A stretch of DNA of 64,000 nt. Origin: an uncultured Actinomycetes bacterium. GTDB lineage: Bacteria; Actinomycetota; Thermoleophilia; Gaiellales; Gaiellaceae. The stretch is taken from the NCBI GenBank assembly GCA_963779025.1, contig CAVZWR010000019.1, forward strand, positions 321,755 to 385,754, written 5' to 3'. Below the pieces are notes generated by a model that did not search any database, had not been told where the DNA came from, and saw only the letters and a list, made by a program, of their open reading frames with translations. Each line of letters opens with the position of its first letter. Position 1 is the stretch's first letter. The position numbers and the translations under genes were made by a program. Positions 1 through 9,704 of this stretch are shown here, piece after piece.

Positions 1-220
1 AGGCGACGATGCGACGGGTCGCCGAGCGGATCGGCATCGACTGGGCGCCGTCGCTCCTCCGGCCGACATTCAACGGCCGCCCGATCGGCGCGAACTCGAG
101 CGACCCGGCGGTGCAGGGCGAGGGGATCCTGCCCGAGCGCGCCGCCGCGTTCTCCGACGACCCCGCGCGATCGCCGAGCTCGCCGGCGACCGCTACGAGC
201 GGGCGGCCGCGCTCGCATGA
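1..220 (+). CDS. sulfotransferase, 3' end only (starts upstream of window; one frame change near 155-165)
   Basis: RIGIDWAPSLLRPTFNGRPIGANSSD..GILPER parallels the C-terminus of the 1622-3152 sulfotransferase (RIGIEMAPDLLVPTFNSRPIRANSSD..GILPER). The tail IAELAGDRYERAAALA* (cf. IERLAGDLYERATP) lies in a neighbouring frame. TGA 218-220 overlaps the next ATG (ATGA). Confidence 0.7.
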   Translation, partial: GDDATGRRADRHRLGAVAPPADIQRPPDRRELERPGGAGRGDPARARRRVLRRPRAIAELAGDRYERAAALA

Positions 221-1621
221 AGATCCTCTTCGTCCTCGAGCACCCGGGCGTCGGGCCGCTCGTGCCCGCGCTGCGGCTGCTCCACGAGCGCGGCCACGAC
301 GATCCACCTCGCCGCACGGCGGGTGAAGTCCGGCCACTCGCACAACGAGCTCCAGGCGCTCGCGGACGAATGCGAGCGGATCACGTACACGAAGCTCCCT
401 TCCGGGGGCGGGTCGAAGCTCGCGCGCGAGGTCCGGCTCGCGCTCGACTACCGCCGCTACCTGGAGCCGCGCTACCGCGACTCGCCGAAGCTGCGCGCGC
501 GGGCGGAGAAGGCCGCGCCGCCGCCGCCTCGCGCGCGTCGCCGGGCTCGCTGCTCCGCGCCGTCGAGCGCTCGCTGCCGCCGCCGGCGACAGTGCTCCGC
601 TACCTGCGCAAGGAGCAGCCGGACCTCGTGCTCGTCACGCCGCTGATCGACCTCGGCTCGCGCCAGGCCGACTGGCTGCGCGGCGGCGAAGCGGCTCGGC
701 ATCCGCACCGGCTTCCCGGTCTTCAGCTGGGACAACCTGACGAACAAGGGGCTCGTCCGCGACGAGCCCGACCTGACGCTCGTCTGGAACGACCTCCAGG
801 CCCGCGAGGCGGAGGAGCTGCACGGCGATCTCGCCCGCGCGGATCCGGATCACGGGCGCGCCGGTCGGCGACCCGTGGTTCGACTGGCGGCCGAGCCGCA
901 GCCGCGAGGAGTTCTGCGCCGAGGTCGGGCTCGACCCGTCGCAGCCGATCGTCCTCTACCTGTGCTCCTCCGAGTTCGTCGCGCCGAACGAGGTCGAGTT
1001 CGTCCCGCGCTGGCTCGAGCGCCTGCGCTCGCGCGGCGGGCTGCTCGCGGAGGCCGGCTACCTGATCCGGCCGTACCCGGACACCGCACAGCGCTGGGTC
1101 GCCGCCGGGCTCGACGGGCCGCAGGTGCGCGTCTGGCCGCGGTTCGGCGAGTCGCCCCACGACGACACCTCACGGCGGGACTACTTCGACTCGATCTACC
1201 ACGCGTCTGCGGTCGTCGGGATCAACACGACGGCGCAGATCGAGAGCGCGATCGTCGGCCGGCCCGTGCACACGATCCTCGCTGAGGAGTTTTCAGAGAC
1301 ACAGCAGGGGACCCTGCACTTCCGCTACCTCGAGGCGGCGGAGTTCGGGCTCCTCCACGTCGGGCGCACCTGGGACGAGCACGCGCGCGCAGCTGGAGGC
1401 CTCGCTCCGCGGCGAGGGCGACGACGGGCGGAACGAGCGGTTCCTGAGGCGCTTCGTCCGGCCGCTCGGGCTCGACCGGCCCGCAACGCCGCTCCTCGCC
1501 GATGCGATCGAGGAGCTCGGCGCAAGGCCCGCCCCGGCGCCGGAACACGAGCCCGGCCTACGCGCCGCTCGTCCGCCGGCTCGCCACGCGGCTCGCGGCC
1601 GACGGCGAGAAGCGGGAGAAA
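217..1621 (+). CDS. uncharacterised GT-B-like 'SWDNLTNKG' family protein, paralog 1; frame-disrupted (at least 6 frame changes), 3' end unresolved
   Basis: Starts MKILFVLEHPG. Segments in three frames align colinearly with the paralogs at 3149, 4694 and 17998 (FSWDNLTNKGL, SAVVGINTTAQIESAIVGRPV, GTLHFRYLE, FVRPLGLDRPATPLLADAIEEL). Frame changes near 300, 515, 680, 830, 1385 and 1545. No stop codon found before the next reading frame. Confidence 0.6.
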
Positions 1622-3152
1622 GTGCGCGAGCCGGAGCCCCGTCGGGGAGCTGCGGCGAACGATCGACCGGCTCGCGAGCGGCGATGCGCCGATCCTCGCG
1701 GGCCCCTGGACCGGCGACGAGATCGGCGAGCTCCTCTACTGGATCCCGTTCCTCCGCTGGGTCCAGACCGCGAACATCGGGCTGCGGGAGCGGCTGTACG
1801 TGCCGCGCGCGCCACAGCACGAGGTCTGGTACGCGGGGATCGGCGCGGGCACTGAAGCGCCCGAGGGCGCGAAGCGGCTCGACCCGCAGCTCGTCCTGGC
1901 CGCGCGCTCCGAGCTCGCCCGCCAGGATCCCGGCCTGCGCATCCAGCACCGTCTGCTCGAGTTCGCGCCGCTCCCCGGGGCCGGCCCGTACGAGGGCCCG
2001 TACGGTGTCGAGGCCTACCTCGCCGTGCTCGCCGGGCAGCCGGCCAGGGCGACCGGCGCAGAGAACGCCGACCCGGACGACCTGCTGGTCGCCGAGTCCT
2101 TCCTCGCGCGACCGCCGTTCGGACGCCTCGAGGTCGACCGGCCCCGCGCCGCCTGGGAGCGCCTGACCGAGCTCGAGGAGTACGAGGCACTGACCGAGAT
2201 GAGGTCGAACCAGCTCGTGCCGGTGCGTGAGCCGCTCGTCCTGATCTCGCAGATCCAGCGCTCGGGCGGGACGCTGCTCAGCCAGCTCTTCGACGGCCAC
2301 CCCGAGGTGCACGCCCACCCGCACGAGATCTGCATCGGCAAGCCGGACAAGTGGGACTGGCCGCCGCTCGACCTCGGCGCGCCCGAGACGTGGTTCGCGA
2401 CCCTGCACGAGCCGCTGCTCGCCGAGTGGATCGAGACGGGCTTCGTCAAGGATCTGACCGAGCTGCGCAAGCAGCGCGACCCGGACGTCTTTCCGTTCGT
2501 CTTCTCGCTCAAGCTCCAGCGCGCGATCTTCGAGCGCTGCGCGGCCGGCGCGACGACCGAGCGCGAGGTGCTCGACGCGTACTTCACCTCGTACTTCAAC
2601 GCCTGGCTCGACAACCACAACCTCTACACGGGCGCCAAGAAGGCCGTGGTCGGCTTCACGCCGCGGCTGGCGATGGAGCTCGACCGGGTCGAGCGGTTCT
2701 TCGCCGCCTACCCGGACGGCCTGCTGGTCTCGATCGTGCGCGACCCGCGCGGCTGGTACGCCTCTGCTCGGCGCCATCGCAAGTACTACGCCGACCTGGA
2801 GCAGTCGCTCGGGCTCTGGCGTGCCTCGACCGAGTCCGCGCTCGAGGCTGCGGACCGCCACGGCGACCGCGTGGTCGTCCTCACCTACGAGGCGCTGCTC
2901 GATGACCCGGAGGCGGCGATGTCGACGCTGGCCGCCCGGATCGGGATCGAAATGGCGCCGGACCTGCTCGTCCCGACCTTCAACAGCCGCCCGATCCGGG
3001 CCAACTCGTCCGATGCGGTCGAGCGCACCGGCATCCTTCCGGAGCGCCGCGACGCCTTTCGTGACGTCCTCACAGCTGACGAACTCGGGCAGATCGAGCG
3101 TCTGGCCGGCGACCTGTACGAACGGGCGACCCCGGTATCGTTCGCCACATGA
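1622..3152 (+). CDS. two-domain sulfotransferase: ~190 aa uncharacterised N-terminal domain plus PAPS-type sulfotransferase domain; start uncertain
   Basis: Open frame to TGA 3150-3152. P-loop-like motif LISQIQRSGGTLLSQL and 3'-phosphate-motif-like SIVRDPRGWYAS. N-domain contains APILAGPWTGDEIGELLYWIPFLRW. The only candidate start is GTG 1622 in a neighbouring frame (indel in the C-run at ~1637-1640); otherwise the ORF is fused to the preceding gene. Confidence 0.75.
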
Positions 3153-4697
3153 GCTCCAGGCCTCGCCTGCGAGTCCTTCTCTTCGCAGGCGGGCCTCGCT
3201 TCTACATGCGCCAGTTCTCCTCGCTCGTCACCGAGCTGTCGGCGCGCGGGCACGAGGTGCACGTCGCCTTTCAGCCGACCAAGGGCGAGCTGGACGAGTC
3301 GGCGAAGCAGCCCGGCGTGACGCACGGGTTCGCGCCGGCGCGGCCCGAGTCCGACGGCTGGCGCTCCGTCGCCTGGCTCGTGCGCGGGCTCGAGGATCTC
3401 GCGCGTTACACGCATCCGCGCTACGAGCGCGCGCCGGAGCTGCGGGAGCGAATGACCACGAAGATCGGCGCCCAGCTGCGGAAGTCGGGCGAGTTCGAGC
3501 CGGTCGTCCGCCGGCTCGCGCTGCGCCTCGTCCGCCGGCTCTCCGCCGGGCCGGACGCGAGGCTCTCGGAGCGCGTCATCCACCGCGCGGCCCGGCTCGA
3601 GCAGGCGATCCCGACGAGCCCGGAGATCGACGCGTACATCCGCGAGCGGGCGCCCGACGTCGTCCTCGCCACGCCGGTCGTCAACCGCGCATCGACCCAG
3701 GTCGAGTTCCTGAAGAGCGCGCGCCGCCTCGGGATCCCGTCCGGCACGCTCGTCGCGAGCTGGGACAACCTGACCAACAAGGGCCTGCTGAAGTGGGCGC
3801 CCGAGCGGGTCTTCGTCTGGAACGAGATCCAGGTGCGCGAGGCGGTCGAGCTGCACGGGATGCCGGCCGACCGCGTCGTCGCGACCGGCGCGCAGCTCTT
3901 CGACCCGTGGTTCGAGCGGCGGCCCTCGACCGAGCGCGGCGAGTTCGTTCGCCGTCTTGGTCTCGATCCGGCCGAGCCCTACGTCCTCTACACCTGCTCG
4001 AACCCGGCGATGACCGACATCGCGGAGTCGGGGTTCGTGACCGGGTGGATCGAGGCGCTTCGCTCGTCCGGCGACGAGCGGCTGCGCCGTGATCGGGATC
4101 GCCGTGCGCCCCCACCCCAACGACCTCGACCACTGGCGCGAGGTCGACCTCGCGCGCTTCGACAACGTCGCCGTCTGGCCCCGCGAGGGAACCTCGGTGG
4201 TCACCGACGACGCCCGCGCCGACTTCTTCGACTCGCTCGCGCACAGCGCGGCGGTCGTCGGGATCAACACGACGGCGATGATCGAGGCGGCGATCGTCGG
4301 CAAGAGCGTGCTCACGGTGCTCGCGCCCGGGTTCGCGCAGGAGAACACCCTCCACTTCGACTACCTGCTCGAGGAGAACGGCGGCTTCCTCCACGTCGCG
4401 CCGTCGCTCGACGAGCACGTCGGCCAGCTCTCGCACGTCCTCGACGAGGACGAGGAGGGCGCGGCGAGACGGCGCGCCTTCGTCGAGTCGTTCGTCCGCC
4501 CGCACGGGCTCGACCGGCCTGCGACGCCGATCCTCGCCGACGCGATCGAGGAGCTCGCCGGGCTGCCGGTGGAGCACTGGCGGCCCTCGGCGCTCCGGCC
4601 GGTGCTCGCGGCGGAGGCGGCGCTCTGCTCGCTCGCGGCCTCCCGGCCGAAGCAGGCCGGGGGCGGAAAGGCGCGGCGCGTCGGCGCCACGGCGTGA
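3149..4697 (+). CDS. uncharacterised GT-B-like 'SWDNLTNKG' family protein, paralog 2; frame-disrupted (1)
   Basis: ATGA overlap with the upstream stop. RVLLFAGGPRFYMRQ..ARGHEVHVAF and VASWDNLTNKGLLKW, then a frame change near 4085 into AVVGINTTAMIEAAIVGKSVLTVL..TLHFDYLLEENGGFLH..FVRPHGLDRPATP. Confidence 0.75.
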
Positions 4698-6282
4698 AGG
4701 TCCTCTTCTTCGTCCGCGAGCTGCCGTACGTGCAGCGGATCTACGCACCGCTCCTCGACGAGCTGATCGACCGCGGGCACACGGTTCATCTCGCCTTCAC
4801 GAAGAAGACGCGCTGGGACCGGATCGAGCGCGGGCTCGCCGGGATCGAGCGCGAGGGGTTGACGTTCGGCTACGCACCGCACCGGCGGCACGCCGACGGC
4901 TGGCGCCGCGTTGCCTGGCTCGTTCGCTCGGTCGCCGACCTCGCGCGCTACGCGCACCCGCGCTACGACAGCGCCCCCCGGCTGCGCAAGCGGGTGACCG
5001 AGAAGGTCCTCCAGCGGATCGAGACCGGGCCGTACCTGGAGCCGATCGGACGCTCGCTGGCGCTGCACATCGGCCGCAGGCTCGCCTCCGCGACCGACGC
5101 CGCGTACTCGGCGCGCGTGATCCGCAGCGCGGCGCGGCTCGAGCAGGCGGTGCCGACGAGCCCGGAGATCGACGCCTTCATCCGCACCCACGCACCCGAC
5201 GCCGTGATGGTCACGCCGGTCGTGAAGTACGGCTCCGACGAGGTCGAGTACCTGAAGAGCGCTCGCGCTCTCGGCGTACCCGCGGCGACCGCGGTCGCGA
5301 GCTGGGACAACCTGACGAACAAGGGCCTGCTCAAGTTCGACCCGGAGCGGGTGTTCGTCTGGAACGAGGCCCAGCGGCGCGAGGCGATCGACCTGCACGG
5401 GATCTCGCCCGAGCATGTCGGTCGCGACCGGCGGGCAGCTCTTCGACAAGTGGTTCGAGCAGCGGCCGAGCCGCTCGCGGGAGGAGTTCATGGCCGAGGT
5501 CGGGCTCGACCCGGCGGAGCCGTACGTGCTCTACCTGTGCTCGAGCCCGTTCGTCGTCCGCAAGCCGCAGGCCGAGATCGAGTTCGTTCTCCGGCTGCTG
5601 CAGGGGATGCGGGCGGGCGACGACGAGCGCTTGCGCGCGCACCGGCCTCGCTGGTGCGCCCGTACCCGCGCGGCTCGCAGTGGCGGAAGGTCGATCTCGC
5701 CTCGCACGGGAACGCAGCGTGGTGGCCGCCGAAGCACGCCTACGCGACCACGGAGCAGGGGATCGCCGACTTCTACGACTCGATCGCGCACAGCGCCGCC
5801 GTGGTCGGGATCAATACGACGGCGATGATCGAAGCGGCGATCGTCGGGAAGCCGGTGCTGACGATCCTGGAGCCGAAGTTCGCCCAGGAAGGGACGCTGC
5901 ACTTCCATCACCTGCTCGAGGAGAACGGCGGCTTCCTGCACACCGCGTCGTCGCTCGAGGAGCACCTCGGCCGGCTGGCCCGCGTGCTCGACGAGGGCGA
6001 GGAGGGCGCCGAGCGGCGGCGGCGGTTTGTCGAGGCGTTCGTCCGCCCGCGCGGGCTCGACCGCCCCGCGACGCCGATCTTCGCGGACGAGGTCGAAGAG
6101 CTTGCGAGCGCCAGGTCAGCCGACTCCGGCACTCGCCGCTGCTTCGCGCGCTGCTCGACGTCGAGGCGGCGGCCTGCACGGCCATGATCGTCGCGACGCC
6201 GCTGGTTCGCCCGCTGCGCCTTCGGCTGGTCGGAGCCGCCCGCAGCCGCGGGCTGGTCGCTCCGCCGACCCGCGTGCGCTAG
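4694..6282 (+). CDS. uncharacterised GT-B-like 'SWDNLTNKG' family protein, paralog 3; frame-disrupted (3)
   Basis: GTGA overlap with the paralog 2 stop. VKVLFFVRELPYVQ..RGHTVHLAF, VASWDNLTNKGLLKF, AVVGINTTAMIEAAIVGKPVLTIL, TLHFHHLLEENGGFLH. Frame changes near 5412, 5640 and 6105. Stop at 6280-6282. Confidence 0.75.
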
Positions 6283-6286
6283 CCGG

Positions 6287-7312
6287 TCAGACCTGCCAGC
6301 CGTAGCCGCCGAGGTCGATTCCGGTCAGCTCGGCCGTGACCCGGTTGCTTTCCACGTAGCGGTCGCCGACGATTTCGGCGGCGACTCGGTGGAGCGACTT
6401 CTCGTTCCGCGCGGCCACGGTCTCCGGGATCGCGACCTCGAAGAAGCGATGGCGCGACAGGCGCTTCAGAGTTCGGTGCTTGTCGAGGTCGACAAGCGGC
6501 GCCGGGTTCACTTCCGAGCGCACGAACCGGTTCAGGTGCCGGAGCACGAGCCGGGACGTCGGCGACAGCGTCCCTTGGACGTGCGTGTCGTACGGCAGCG
6601 AGTCGAGCACGGTCTGCCCGAGCGGCCGCCCGGCGAAGTCGGCGATCGCGGTGACGAACTCGCGCGGCTCGCGGACGAACTGCTCGTACGTCCGTACCAG
6701 CAACGCCTCGGGGCCGAACAGCTCGCTGTAGCGCCGGATCAGGTGGTGGTACTCGAAGTGGCGGAAGTCGAACCACGGCACGCGCAGGTTCGTCGTGAAG
6801 GGCGGATCGAGGAACTCGCGCAGCGACTCGGGCCCGCCTGCCTTCACGTACCGGCTGTAGTTCGAGACGATGGCGCTCCGCTGCTCGCGGATCACGATCA
6901 GCACCTGCCCTTCAGGGAAGACCTGCCGCAGTCGGTCGGCGATCGCTCCGCTGTCGTAGCCGCCCGAGACGGCGTGCCCCGAGAGGCGCTCGAACGAGAC
7001 GACCGGAACGAGACCGTCCGCGAGGATCGGCGCGAACAGGGCGTCGAACTCGGCGCGGGAGGCGCGCGGGTCCCACTCCGACCACCGCGCGAGGATCAGT
7101 TTTCGCACCGGGTGGTCGTCCGCCGCCTTGCCAACCCAGCGGAGACCGGTTCCGTCGCCGGCGAAGAGGAATTTCTGGAGCCAGCTCGACCCCGTGCGGT
7201 GGTAGCCGACGTGGACGAGGATCGCGTCAGGCAACCGGGGACTCCACCGCGTCCCCCCGGGCGCGCGCTCGGCCACGATCCCGAGCGCGGCCCGTTCGAG
7301 CGTGTCGGCCAC
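6287..7312 (-). CDS. sulfotransferase family protein
   Basis: Intact 341 aa ORF. LVHVGYHRTGSSWLQKF resembles the PAPS 5'-phosphosulfate loop and LIVIREQRSAIVSNYS the 3'-phosphate motif. GTG 7312 gives an 86-nt overlap with the upstream gene, so a later start is possible. Confidence 0.8.
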   Translation of the reverse strand: MADTLERAALGIVAERAPGGTRWSPRLPDAILVHVGYHRTGSSWLQKFLFAGDGTGLRWVGKAADDHPVRKLILARWSEWDPRASRAEFDALFAPILADGLVPVVSFERLSGHAVSGGYDSGAIADRLRQVFPEGQVLIVIREQRSAIVSNYSRYVKAGGPESLREFLDPPFTTNLRVPWFDFRHFEYHHLIRRYSELFGPEALLVRTYEQFVREPREFVTAIADFAGRPLGQTVLDSLPYDTHVQGTLSPTSRLVLRHLNRFVRSEVNPAPLVDLDKHRTLKRLSRHRFFEVAIPETVAARNEKSLHRVAAEIVGDRYVESNRVTAELTGIDLGGYGWQV

Positions 7313-8624
7313 CGTGAGCGCGTTCTCCCCGGAACTGGTCGACGAGCAGCGGCTGGCCCGGGTGGCACTGCCGCATTGCCATGTGCAGGAACTGCGCGAT
7401 CCGCTCCGGGTCGGGACGGAAGGCCAGCAGCTCCGGCACCTTCGCGTGGATGTCCGCGAACGAGTGGACGTCGAGCGTGACCCCGAACCCGGCGTAGTAC
7501 GGGTCGCCGAGGGTCAGCACCGGCTTGTCGTAGAGGAGTGCCTCGAGCCCGACGGTCGAGCCGATCACGACCACCCCCTCAGAGCGGCGGATCAGCTCGT
7601 GCGTGCTCGTGTACGGGTTGACCAGCCGGACGTTCGGCCGCCGGCGCAGGCGGTGCAGGAGGCGGAAGGAGTTACGCCCGAGCGACATCGGGTGCTCCTT
7701 CAGCACGAGGTCGTGGCCCTGCGGCAATGCGTCCGCGACCTGCTCGACGAGCGAGGCCTGGTCGGCGCAGTGAGGAACGATGCGCTGGATCTTGTAGTCG
7801 TCGGTGACGTGGAGCGGGAAGTAGACGAACGGCCGTCCCGGGTCGAGCTTGTCGTAGAAGGGCCGCGCCGCCCGAGCCCGCATCCACTCCGAGGCGTTCT
7901 GGTGCAGCAGCCGCCAGGGGCGGAGGTAGTCGTTCTCACGGTCGTCGCCCAGCTTGCGCTCGACGTGCCCGGCGAAGACCTTCGCGCGGCGGGCCTCGAC
8001 GGGGACGCGCCGGAAGTCGCGGATCGGCGTCGCCGCCTGCGTGAACGACGTCCGGAACGCCTCGACCTCCCGGCGCTCCTCCGGGGTCAGCTCGCGCAGC
8101 TCCTCGGGCGGCGCGATCTTCGCGTCGAGCGTGTCGACGTAGACGCGCAGTGGGTTCGGGAAGATCGTGTGCAGGATGAAGAGCACCGGGATCGAGTGCG
8201 CGTTCGCGACCAGGTGCGCGACGATCCGGATCGTCTCGTTCCCGATCTCGGGCAGCGCCACGTCCGGCTTGGTCTCGGCGACGATCCGCTCCAGGGCCCG
8301 GAAGCGGTCGACGGTGCGCCGGATGCACCACTCCTCCGGCCGTCCCGCGCACGCCTTGTCGTTGCGGTAGACGTCGCGGAGGTGCGGGATCGGGTAGGTC
8401 GCCTCGATCCGGCGCACCTGCGCCTCGAGGTCGACCGGCGCGGCGAGCTCGGCGATCACGTCCTGGATCGCGCGCGCGTCGACGCCCCGGGAGCGCAGCT
8501 CCCTGGCAGCGCGCGGCGACTCGGTGAGATGGACGACCGAGTGGCCGCGCCGCTCGAGCTCGCGCCCGACGACGCCGTAGAACTCGCTCTCGTAGGTCTG
8601 GAGGCTGGTGATCAGGAACCGCAT
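7227..8624 (-). CDS. capsule polysaccharide biosynthesis protein, KpsS/KpsC (Capsule_synth)-like
   Basis: 465 aa ORF. RPFVYFPLHVTDDYKIQ, LVLKEHPMS and VVVIGSTVGLEALLYDKPVLTLGDPYYAGFG match the signature blocks I recall for KpsS/KpsC. The last ~35 aa are Arg/Ala-rich and overlap the next gene, so the true C-terminus may be in another frame. Confidence 0.75.
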   Translation of the reverse strand: MRFLITSLQTYESEFYGVVGRELERRGHSVVHLTESPRAARELRSRGVDARAIQDVIAELAAPVDLEAQVRRIEATYPIPHLRDVYRNDKACAGRPEEWCIRRTVDRFRALERIVAETKPDVALPEIGNETIRIVAHLVANAHSIPVLFILHTIFPNPLRVYVDTLDAKIAPPEELRELTPEERREVEAFRTSFTQAATPIRDFRRVPVEARRAKVFAGHVERKLGDDRENDYLRPWRLLHQNASEWMRARAARPFYDKLDPGRPFVYFPLHVTDDYKIQRIVPHCADQASLVEQVADALPQGHDLVLKEHPMSLGRNSFRLLHRLRRRPNVRLVNPYTSTHELIRRSEGVVVIGSTVGLEALLYDKPVLTLGDPYYAGFGVTLDVHSFADIHAKVPELLAFRPDPERIAQFLHMAMRQCHPGQPLLVDQFRGERAHGGRHARTGRARDRGRARARGDAVESPVA

Positions 8625-8638
8625 CGGCCGGGCCCAGC

Positions 8639-9682
8639 CTAGCTCCGGAAGGCGTCGGCCAGCAGCTCGCGGAAGCGCTCGGGAGAGTGTTCACGTTCGA
8701 CGTACTCGCGGCCGCGCCGGCGCATCTCCTCGAGGCGGGGCGGGTCCGCGAGCAGCTCGCGCACGGTCGCGGCGAGCTCCTCGGGCGAGAAGCCCCCGAG
8801 GACGACGCCGCCGCCCGAGTCGCGGACGAGCGCTTCCGGGCCTCCGCTCGGCGTGGTCACGACCGGCAGCCCGGTGGCGAGCGCCTCGGCGGCGGCGATC
8901 CCGAAGCCTTCCTGCCACGAGGGGAGCACGAACAGCGTCGCGCGGCGGAGGTGCCCGGCGACCGACGGCACCGGTCCCGTCGCCTCGACGTGGTCCGGGA
9001 GCTGCGCGGGCGGGGCGCCGATCAAGAGCACCCGCGCATCCGGGATCGCGGGCAGCGCGTCGAGCAGCAGGCGCACGTTCTTGCGTGTGTCGTCGGCGCG
9101 CCCGACGAACGCGAGCACCGGGCGCTCGAGCGTCGCCCGCCACTCCTCGTCCGGCGCCGGCTCGAAGGAGGTGACCGGGATCGGGATCGGGAGGATGCCG
9201 ACCGCGTCCTCGTCGAGGCGGCCGGCACGAGCGACACTTGCGCGGCTCCACGGAGAGGTGGCGTAGACGTGTTGCGCTCCCTGCAGCACCCGCCGCTCGA
9301 GCCGGCGAAGGATCGGTCCATTCACGCGCAGCGCGGCCCGGCGGGACGTTCGCAGCCCCGGCCTGCGGCCCGCCCACTCGTCGGCGAGGCCCGTGCCGAT
9401 CCAGCACGAGTAGGGTCGCCCGCTCCGGACTGCGCCGTAGCCGAATGAAGCCGCTGTGGTCGCGATCCAGATGTCCGACGCCTCCCGCAGCTGCGACGTG
9501 ACCCGGCGGGCGAACGCGAGCTGGTTGCCGGCGTCGAGCCGGCGCACGCCGGACGGCATCCGGCAGTAGAGAAGCTCCGGCTCGCGCCCGAGCTCGACCG
9601 CGGCCGCGAGGAACGCATCCGTCTGCGCCTTCGCGCCGCCTCCGAAGGCGGGATCCATCCCGATCACGGCCAGGTCGGTCAC
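8639..9682 (-). CDS. glycosyltransferase family 4 (GT-B)
   Basis: 347 aa from GTG 9682. GT4 E-x7-E block LFVLPSWQEGFGIAAAEALATGLPVVTTPSGGPEALV. The upstream part of the 524 aa track ORF is Pro/Ser/Arg junk antisense to the FkbM gene. Confidence 0.85.
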   Translation of the reverse strand: MTDLAVIGMDPAFGGGAKAQTDAFLAAAVELGREPELLYCRMPSGVRRLDAGNQLAFARRVTSQLREASDIWIATTAASFGYGAVRSGRPYSCWIGTGLADEWAGRRPGLRTSRRAALRVNGPILRRLERRVLQGAQHVYATSPWSRASVARAGRLDEDAVGILPIPIPVTSFEPAPDEEWRATLERPVLAFVGRADDTRKNVRLLLDALPAIPDARVLLIGAPPAQLPDHVEATGPVPSVAGHLRRATLFVLPSWQEGFGIAAAEALATGLPVVTTPSGGPEALVRDSGGGVVLGGFSPEELAATVRELLADPPRLEEMRRRGREYVEREHSPERFRELLADAFRS

Positions 9683-9688
9683 AGCGGG

Positions 9689-9698
9689 ACGGTAGCCT
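9689..9698. promoter_or_regulatory. back-to-back -10-like boxes for two divergent, probably leaderless genes
   Basis: TAGCCT (plus strand, 9693-9698) lies 6 nt before ATG 9705. TACCGT (minus strand, 9694-9689) lies 6 nt before GTG 9682. The start codons are only 22 bp apart. Confidence 0.4.
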
Positions 9699-9704
9699 CC
9701 CGAT

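Noticed and set aside
1293-4348. 522 aa and 487 aa ORFs on the minus strand (1293-2861, 2885-4348)
   Set aside because: Antisense shadows of the sulfotransferase and paralog 2, with low-complexity Arg/Pro/Glu/Ala-rich translations. The same reasoning applies to 8691-10502, 41580-43376, 44219-46159, 26875-28218 and 13818-15542.
3149-6187. 1012 aa ORF on the plus strand
   Set aside because: Composite of paralogs 2 and 3 of the SWDNLTNKG family, which share a frame across the GTGA junction at 4694. The middle parts are out-of-frame low-complexity sequence caused by indels.
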